Part shown: piece after piece, positions 58,068 to 64,000 of the stretch
Numbering within the stretch: position 1 is the first letter of the stretch
How the letters are laid out: each line of letters starts with the position of its first letter
The notes under the pieces: generated by a model
The model's input: the letters and a program-made list of their open reading frames with translations, nothing else
What the model was told of the DNA's origin: nothing
Database searches by the model: none
NCBI GenBank assembly: GCA_963676565.1
Contig: OY781089.1
Location: 1,408,001 to 1,472,000 of the forward strand
Reading direction: 5' to 3'
Origin: Halarcobacter sp.
GTDB taxonomy: Bacteria; Campylobacterota; Campylobacteria; Campylobacterales; Arcobacteraceae
DNA length: 64,000 bases
Program-made: the position numbers and the translations under genes

Positions 58068-58790
58068 ATGAAAAAATTGTTAATCATATTTGTAATGGGA
58101 TTATTGTTGTTTTCTTCATCCTCTTTTGCTAAAGATATGGAAAAAAAATTTAGTAAAGTTGCTTCAGGGAAACCTGAATTAATCCAAGAAGGTGCAGAAA
58201 AAGGTTTTTGTCCAGTATGTGCAATGTCTATTAAGCACAACTACAAAACGAGTCATGGAGTTGTTGCAAAAAAGGCTAAAGATAATAGACAATATTGTTC
58301 TGTACGATGTGTTCTTGTTGATGGGAAGCATGCAAATGAGGGGAATAAGCATGTTGTAGTAGATGCAAAAACTGAAAAAATTATCGATGCCAAAACGGCA
58401 TATTATGTATTAGGAAGTAAAGCACCTGGAACTATGTCAAAGATTAGTAAGTATGCATTTGCTTCAAAAGATGATGCTAAAGCTTTTAATTCTAAATTTG
58501 GTGGAAAAATTGTTTTATATGATGAAATGATAGCTAGTGCAAAAGAGTCGTTAAATAGTGATATTGCAATGGTAAATATGAAGAAAAATAAAATGATGTA
58601 CCCAATGGGCAAAAAACTTTATAAATCAAATTGTAGACCAATTAAAGATTTTTCTTCTTATAAAAGAATCAATGAGTTAAAAACTGACATTATGAAAAAT
58701 AAAATATGTGATGACTCAATTAAGATGAAAAAACTTCAAGCAGTGACTTTATATCTATGGGAAATTAAAAGATTAGGTAAATCTTTATAA
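58068..58790 (+). CDS. NosL-like protein with C-terminal helical extension
   Basis: Signal peptide; CPVCAM, QYCSVRC, IDAKTAYYVLGS, GTMS, FGG. Confidence 0.8.
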   Translation: MKKLLIIFVMGLLLFSSSSFAKDMEKKFSKVASGKPELIQEGAEKGFCPVCAMSIKHNYKTSHGVVAKKAKDNRQYCSVRCVLVDGKHANEGNKHVVVDAKTEKIIDAKTAYYVLGSKAPGTMSKISKYAFASKDDAKAFNSKFGGKIVLYDEMIASAKESLNSDIAMVNMKKNKMMYPMGKKLYKSNCRPIKDFSSYKRINELKTDIMKNKICDDSIKMKKLQAVTLYLWEIKRLGKSL

Positions 58791-58796
58791 AAAGTA

Positions 58797-58830
58797 AAAA
58801 AGAGATGTGTCTTACCTTCTCATCTCTTTT
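58797..58830 (+). terminator. Hairpin/terminator between nosL-like genes
   Basis: AAAAGAGATG...CATCTCTTTT stem. Confidence 0.5.
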
Positions 58831-58854
58831 ATCAGCATTTTGAGGAATACTATT

Positions 58855-59991
58855 ATGAAAAAACTATTACTAAGTGCCTTAATTATACAGTTTCTATTAA
58901 TAGGCGTGAGTCAAGGAAATAATTTTAATAAAACAGTTAAAAAAGATATAGAGCTTGTACAAAAAGAAGATATAAAAACTTGGTGTGCAGTTTCAGGTGA
59001 AGAACTTTATAAAAATTATAAAACTTCTCACACTGCCCATGACTATGATGGTAAACCAAGACAATATGCTTCCCTTAGTTATTTAGTTTTTGATGTAGAG
59101 GAAAACCATGTAAAGCTTCAAAATTCTAAAGTAGTAGATGTAAGTTCCAATAAATTAATTCCCACAAAAGATGCATATTATGTAATGGGGAGCAAAGTAA
59201 AAGGAACAAAAAGCAAGATAAGTAAACTTGCTTTTGCAAAAAAAGAAGATGCAAAGATATTTGTATCTAAAAATGGTGGTAATATTGTAAGTTTTGAAGA
59301 AGCTTTTGCAGAAGCAGAAAAGAGTTTAAAAGAAGATATGAAACCTTCAAATCCAAAAAAAATACAAAGAGAATATCGTAAAGGCAAAAAGATTTATGAG
59401 GCCAAATGTAGTAATAAAGAGATTGATTTAAAAGCCTATAATTGGATTAATTACTTAAAAGCAGATTTAAAAAATCAGTGTAAAAAACTTAAGGAAAATC
59501 AACTTCATTCTGTAGCCTTATATCTATGGAATGTTAAGCGTATTGAAAATAGACTAGTTAATAAAATAGTAGAAGTAAGAAAAGAGGATAAATGTCCAGT
59601 TTGTGGAATGTTTGTGTATAAATATCCAAAATGGGCAGCTAAACTAGAGTTTGTAAAACATGAGCATAAGCACTATTATGTTTTTGATGGGGTTAAAGAT
59701 ATGATTAAATTTGTTCATAATCCTAAAAAATATAATGAACACGAAAAGATGACCGAGCAAAAGCTGTTAGTAACAGATTATTATACTCAATATGCAATTG
59801 ATGGGAAAGAGGCTTTTTATGTAGTTGGGAGTGATACTTTAGGTCCTATGGGAAATGAATTAATACCTTTTAAATATGAAGAAGATGCAAAAATTTTTTT
59901 AAAAGATCATCAAGGAACTTCAATTTTTAAGTTTAGTGAAATTACTTCAGAATTAATATGTAAATTAGATGGCCTAGAAACATGCGAATAA
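58855..59991 (+). CDS. Two-domain NosL-like protein
   Basis: Degenerate first domain (CAVSGE, QYASL, AYYVMGS); second domain CPVCGM, FDGVKDM, VTDYY, GPMGNELIPF; start at 58855 after GAGGA. Confidence 0.82.
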   Translation: MKKLLLSALIIQFLLIGVSQGNNFNKTVKKDIELVQKEDIKTWCAVSGEELYKNYKTSHTAHDYDGKPRQYASLSYLVFDVEENHVKLQNSKVVDVSSNKLIPTKDAYYVMGSKVKGTKSKISKLAFAKKEDAKIFVSKNGGNIVSFEEAFAEAEKSLKEDMKPSNPKKIQREYRKGKKIYEAKCSNKEIDLKAYNWINYLKADLKNQCKKLKENQLHSVALYLWNVKRIENRLVNKIVEVRKEDKCPVCGMFVYKYPKWAAKLEFVKHEHKHYYVFDGVKDMIKFVHNPKKYNEHEKMTEQKLLVTDYYTQYAIDGKEAFYVVGSDTLGPMGNELIPFKYEEDAKIFLKDHQGTSIFKFSEITSELICKLDGLETCE

Positions 59992-60263
59992 GTTCAAAAA
60001 AAATTTTCTACTGTTTTGTTAGTGTAGTAATTGCTTCTTTAATATTTCAATTTGTGTTTTTATCCTCAAAAACACAAGACAATGAGACTAAAGTGCTTTT
60101 TGTCAAATTAAGTGGAATACCTGACTTAGCATTTAATAGTAATGTTCCATACCTAAGACACAGATCATTAAGTGTAGTGAATGATTTATATTTTTTACAT
60201 CCTGGAATTGAACCCCTTGGTCTTGGAATATTTATTCAACAAACTTCTTTACAAGTGAGGTAA
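59982..60263 (+). CDS. Small membrane-anchored hypothetical protein
   Basis: TM helix; GIPDLA..YLRHRSLS; overlaps the upstream gene and ends 1 nt before the permease start. Confidence 0.7.
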   Translation: MRISSKKIFYCFVSVVIASLIFQFVFLSSKTQDNETKVLFVKLSGIPDLAFNSNVPYLRHRSLSVVNDLYFLHPGIEPLGLGIFIQQTSLQVR

Positions 60264-60264
60264 T

Positions 60265-61434
60265 ATGAATACAATATTTGATTACACCTTACGTTCTTTA
60301 AAACGATTTGGGATGAAAAACATTTCTATAGCTTTAATTTTTATGATTTTAGTTTGGCTTTTATCTTCAGGAATGATGATTAGCCATTCTTTAAATCATG
60401 AACTAAAAACTCTGTCAAAAGGTCTACCTGATATAGTTATACAAAACTATAAAGGTGGAAAAGTAAAACCTTTTGATGAAGAAATTGTTGAGCAACTGTG
60501 GGATATTAAAGGAATAAGTAATGTAATGGGACGTATTTGGGGACAATACTACTTAGAAGATGCAAATATTTATGCCTCTATTGTAGGTGTTACTGCTTTT
60601 GAAGAACAGTATAAAAAAAGCCTAACAAAAATTGTAGAAGATTTCCCAGAAAGTGATGATGCTATTCCTTCAATGATGATATCAAAAAATCTAAAAGAGT
60701 TATTGTTTAAATATGATATGCAGGAGTATGTAAGCTTTAAGCAAAATGATGGAACTTATCTTAAAATGAAACTTGGCGGAACTTTCAAAGCAGATACCCA
60801 AATGGAAAGTAATGATATTATCTTAATTCCTACAGAAATTGCTAGAAACTTATTAGCTATTGAAGAGGGAAGTTTTACAGATGCAGTAATAAGTGTAGCT
60901 AATCCTGAAGAAGTAGAAACGATAGCAGCAAAAATTGCTTTTGAATATCCAAGTCTAAGGGTTATTACAAAAGCTGATATTATTAAGGGTCATCAAATTT
61001 TATATGATTATAAAAGTGGTTGGTTTTTAGCTTTACTTATTACTACATTTATTACCTTTGCAATTATACTTTATGATAAAGCAAGTGGACTTAGGAGTGA
61101 AGAAAAGCAAGAAATAGGTGTTTTGAAAGCTTTAGGTTGGGAAATTGATCATATTATTAGACATAAACTAACTGAAGCTTTAATACTTTCCCTTTCAGCT
61201 TTTTTTGTAGGTGTTAGTTTAGCAATCTTCTATGTTTTCATTTTAGATGCACCAATCTTAAAATATATATTTACTGGATTTTCTAATTTAAAACAACCTT
61301 TTGATTTAGTTTTTGTATTAGATATAAAAATGATTGCACTACTATTTTTTACAACTGTACCCCTTTATTTAGCAGCATCAATTATTCCATCTTGGAAAGC
61401 AGCAGTTGAAGATGCTGGAGAGGTAATAAGATGA
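60265..61434 (+). CDS. FtsX/MacB/LolE-type ABC permease
   Basis: TM1, large periplasmic domain, EKQEIGVLKALGW, ASIIPSWKAA. Confidence 0.88.
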   Translation: MNTIFDYTLRSLKRFGMKNISIALIFMILVWLLSSGMMISHSLNHELKTLSKGLPDIVIQNYKGGKVKPFDEEIVEQLWDIKGISNVMGRIWGQYYLEDANIYASIVGVTAFEEQYKKSLTKIVEDFPESDDAIPSMMISKNLKELLFKYDMQEYVSFKQNDGTYLKMKLGGTFKADTQMESNDIILIPTEIARNLLAIEEGSFTDAVISVANPEEVETIAAKIAFEYPSLRVITKADIIKGHQILYDYKSGWFLALLITTFITFAIILYDKASGLRSEEKQEIGVLKALGWEIDHIIRHKLTEALILSLSAFFVGVSLAIFYVFILDAPILKYIFTGFSNLKQPFDLVFVLDIKMIALLFFTTVPLYLAASIIPSWKAAVEDAGEVIR

Positions 61435-62090
61435 TTCAAGTTAAAAATGTTTCAAAAATATTTAATGAAGGAACACCAAAAGCTTTTAATGCTTTAGAAG
61501 ATATTTCATTACATGTAAAAAAAGGTGAAGTTGCATTACTTAAAGGAATTAGTGGTAGTGGGAAAAGTACTTTACTATCTTTGTTTGCAGCACTATATCA
61601 ACCATCAAAGGGAGAAATTTTAATTGATGGAGAAGCAATTTCCCAATATCCTGAAAATTTTGCAAGTAGATTTAGACGTAATAATATTGGATTTATCTTT
61701 CAAAAATTTAATTTGATTTCTACTCTAACAGTTCTTGAAAATGTACTTCTTCCAACTTTACCTGATGATATTGATAAACTTGAAGAGGCAATGGAACTTC
61801 TAGAGTTATTTCATATTTCGCCAAAAACGAATGTTGAAGTTAAACATCTTTCAGGTGGTGAACAACAAAGAGTTGCAGTTGTAAGGGCTCTTATTAATGA
61901 TCCAAAACTAATTCTCGCTGATGAGCCAACTGCAAATTTAGACCAAGCTCTAAGTATTAAGATATTAGATTATTTTGAAAAAATAATTAAGCAGGAAAAA
62001 ACACTTGTTATTGCAACCCATGATCCACTATTATTAGAATGGGGAATGTATGAGACTTGTTTTGAAATGAAAAATGGGAAATTATTATGA
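61431..62090 (+). CDS. LolD/MacB-type ABC ATPase
   Basis: GISGSGKST, IGFIFQKFNL, LSGGEQQRV, ADEPTANLD, ATHD. Confidence 0.92.
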   Translation: MIQVKNVSKIFNEGTPKAFNALEDISLHVKKGEVALLKGISGSGKSTLLSLFAALYQPSKGEILIDGEAISQYPENFASRFRRNNIGFIFQKFNLISTLTVLENVLLPTLPDDIDKLEEAMELLELFHISPKTNVEVKHLSGGEQQRVAVVRALINDPKLILADEPTANLDQALSIKILDYFEKIIKQEKTLVIATHDPLLLEWGMYETCFEMKNGKLL

Positions 62091-63046
62091 TTTTACTCTC
62101 TCCATATATTCAAAGTGTTTTGATTGTTGAATCTATAATTTTTCTTTTATGCTTAGTTGGACTCTTCTGGGCAGTTAAAATATCATTATATTTTAATCCA
62201 AAGTTAACAATTTCAAAGCAGTATAACCTTAATAAAAAGAGTTATTTAGTTGCTACAATTATAAAATTTGCTATAACTGTAAAGCTTCCACTTTTCTTGT
62301 TTTACATCTGGACTATGGATACCATTTCAGAAATAGTGCCAGGTGCAATGTGTGCAGCTGGAATTGTGAGTGCTACAAAGTTTGGACCAGAACTTTTAAT
62401 GATTAAAGTGTTGATTTTATTTGGTTTATTTGCTTGGTTATTACTTCACTCTCTTGATATTAATGAAGTAGATTATCCATATACGAAATTAAAGTTTATA
62501 ATATTTCAGCCTATTTGTATTCTAATAGGAATTGAGCTTTTTATGGAAGTTTATCATTTTATGCAAATAAGTACTGATGTTCCTGTTCACTGTTGTAGTG
62601 TTGTATTTGAACAAAGTTCTGCTGGAACTGCTTCTTTGATGCAAAATGAACCTTTACTATTAGTTCTATTTTACTCTATATTTATTGCAAGTTTAATATT
62701 TGGACTATTTAAAAAAGCGATATTATTTAGTATTTTTTCTCTTGCTTTTATGTTTGTAGGAATTCAAACTTTGATTAGGTTTTTTTCTTCTTATGTATAT
62801 GAACTACCTACGCATAAATGCCCTTTCTGTTTACTTCAAAGTGACTACTATTATGTGGGATATCTAATCTACATATTATTTTTTATAGGTGCTGCACTGG
62901 CCGTAAATGTATTTATTCTTTATTTATTAAAAAAAACACCAAAGAAAAGCTTTTACAAAATATCAATAATAGCAAATACTTTACTAGTAGTAATCTTGAG
63001 TCTCTATCCAATTATATACTATATAAAAAATGGTGTGTGGCTTTAA
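62087..63046 (+). CDS. Polytopic membrane protein with Cys/His clusters
   Basis: GAMCAAG, VHCCS, YELPTHKCPFCLL in loop regions. Confidence 0.75.
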   Translation: MILLSPYIQSVLIVESIIFLLCLVGLFWAVKISLYFNPKLTISKQYNLNKKSYLVATIIKFAITVKLPLFLFYIWTMDTISEIVPGAMCAAGIVSATKFGPELLMIKVLILFGLFAWLLLHSLDINEVDYPYTKLKFIIFQPICILIGIELFMEVYHFMQISTDVPVHCCSVVFEQSSAGTASLMQNEPLLLVLFYSIFIASLIFGLFKKAILFSIFSLAFMFVGIQTLIRFFSSYVYELPTHKCPFCLLQSDYYYVGYLIYILFFIGAALAVNVFILYLLKKTPKKSFYKISIIANTLLVVILSLYPIIYYIKNGVWL

Positions 63047-63056
63047 AGGGGAGATG

Positions 63057-63605
63057 ATGAAAAAAAACTTTTTATTACTTATATCTTTTATTTGTTTTTT
63101 GCAAACAATAAGTTTTGCACAGAATTTTCAGAAATATACAAAAAACATTAAGCTTTTACAGAAAGGGAAACATTCTGACATTTGTCCAGAGTGTGGAATG
63201 AAGCTATCAGTGTTTGGAAAAACAAATCACGCAGTTAAGCTTAAAAATGGAAAATATATTCAGTTTTGCTCAATAAGAGATTTAATTAAAGCTGAGAGGG
63301 AAAAAGGTTTCCCTATTGAACAATACTTAGCAGTAGATGCAAAAAATGAAATTTTTAAAGATGCTACAAAAATGTGGTACGTTGTAGGAAGTAGTATAAA
63401 AGGAACAATGTCGACTGTAAGTAAAATATCTTTCAGTGAGAAAAAAGATGCTATAGAATTTAAAAAAGAGTTTGGAGGAGAAGTTATGTCATTTATAAAA
63501 GCAAAAGAAATTTCAGAAAAAATTCTTGATAAAGATATGAAAGAAATAAATAGAAAAAATGCACTTAGTTCTAAATTTCATGGAAATATACATTTAAATT
63601 ATTAG
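63057..63605 (+). CDS. NosL-like protein
   Basis: Signal peptide; CPECGM, QFCSIRD, WYVVGS, GTMS, FGG; start after GGGGAG (ORF track starts at 63030). Confidence 0.8.
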   Translation: MKKNFLLLISFICFLQTISFAQNFQKYTKNIKLLQKGKHSDICPECGMKLSVFGKTNHAVKLKNGKYIQFCSIRDLIKAEREKGFPIEQYLAVDAKNEIFKDATKMWYVVGSSIKGTMSTVSKISFSEKKDAIEFKKEFGGEVMSFIKAKEISEKILDKDMKEINRKNALSSKFHGNIHLNY

Positions 63606-63898
63606 TTAAAGAGATTTATATTGATTTCTATAATTTTTTCTAAGAATAAGTTTATTTTTATATCATTAAAAAAAGGGGCTAAAATGATGATTGGCACCAT
63701 AAATCTTTTAAATGGTATTATTACATATGAAAATATTTTATTAAAAAACTATGGTGAAAAAAATAAAACTCTATACATATAATTAAAATGAATTGAAAAT
63801 TTAAATATTTAACTACAATATTAATATTGCAATTTGTAATATTTTTAATATTTACTCTTCGAAAAGTATATAATAACTACATATAAGGAAAATTTTTT

Positions 63899-63920
63899 AA
63901 CGGTACTTTATACGGTACAT
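63899..63920 (+). promoter_or_regulatory. Putative integrase arm-type binding sites (right)
   Basis: ACGGTAC twice with a 12-bp period (CGGTA at 63901 and 63913). Confidence 0.55.
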
Positions 63921-63967
63921 ATTAAAAAATAACTTTTAAAATCCTCATAAAATAGGAGTTTTTTTAA

Positions 63968-64000
63968 ATGTTTATCCATATTGATATTGATTGTTTTTTT
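63968..64000 (+). repeat. attR: 33-bp direct repeat (window ends here)
   Basis: Identical to 11926-11958. Confidence 0.93.
63968..64000 (+). CDS. dinB: DNA polymerase IV / Y-family polymerase, first 11 codons (partial)
   Basis: MFIHIDIDCFF matches Y-family motif I (hhHhDhDxFF); AGGAG RBS at 63954-63958; remainder lies outside the window. Confidence 0.7.
   Translation, partial: MFIHIDIDCFF

Noticed and set aside
63684..63782. 32-aa ORF MMIGTINLLNG... with AAGGGG upstream
   Set aside because: No motif or supporting context; cannot be distinguished from noise

Overview
AT-rich bacterial chromosomal window, most consistent with Campylobacterota (Arcobacter-like; inferred from gene content and style). 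Positions 1-11,925 are core chromosome: pilin-like genes, proC, bamD, lon, a rhomboid, and an HD-GYP regulator / hybrid kinase / H-NOX locus. The rest (11,926-64,000) appears to be one ~52-kb integrated element. It is bounded by an exact 33-bp direct repeat that encodes MFIHIDIDCFF, the N-terminal motif of a DinB/Pol IV Y-family polymerase, so it seems to have inserted at the dinB start and re-created the gene start at its right end. The element carries a P4-like tyrosine integrase, an HTH/AlpA switch, two metallophosphoesterases, and an IetAS-like AAA+/subtilase module with an unannotated 42-aa third ORF. It also carries an orphan binding-protein/multi-PAS kinase cassette flanked by 21-bp repeats and a repeat-rich noncoding block with 132-bp inverted repeats. 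Its respiratory cargo is a cNor NO reductase cluster, NO-stress genes, an RND pump, two two-component systems, and a complete clade II nos cluster with five NosL-like genes and a second ABC system. No nitrate or nitrite reductase, Crp/Fnr regulator, relaxase or phage structural gene was recognised. All calls come from reading motifs by eye; no database searches were run.
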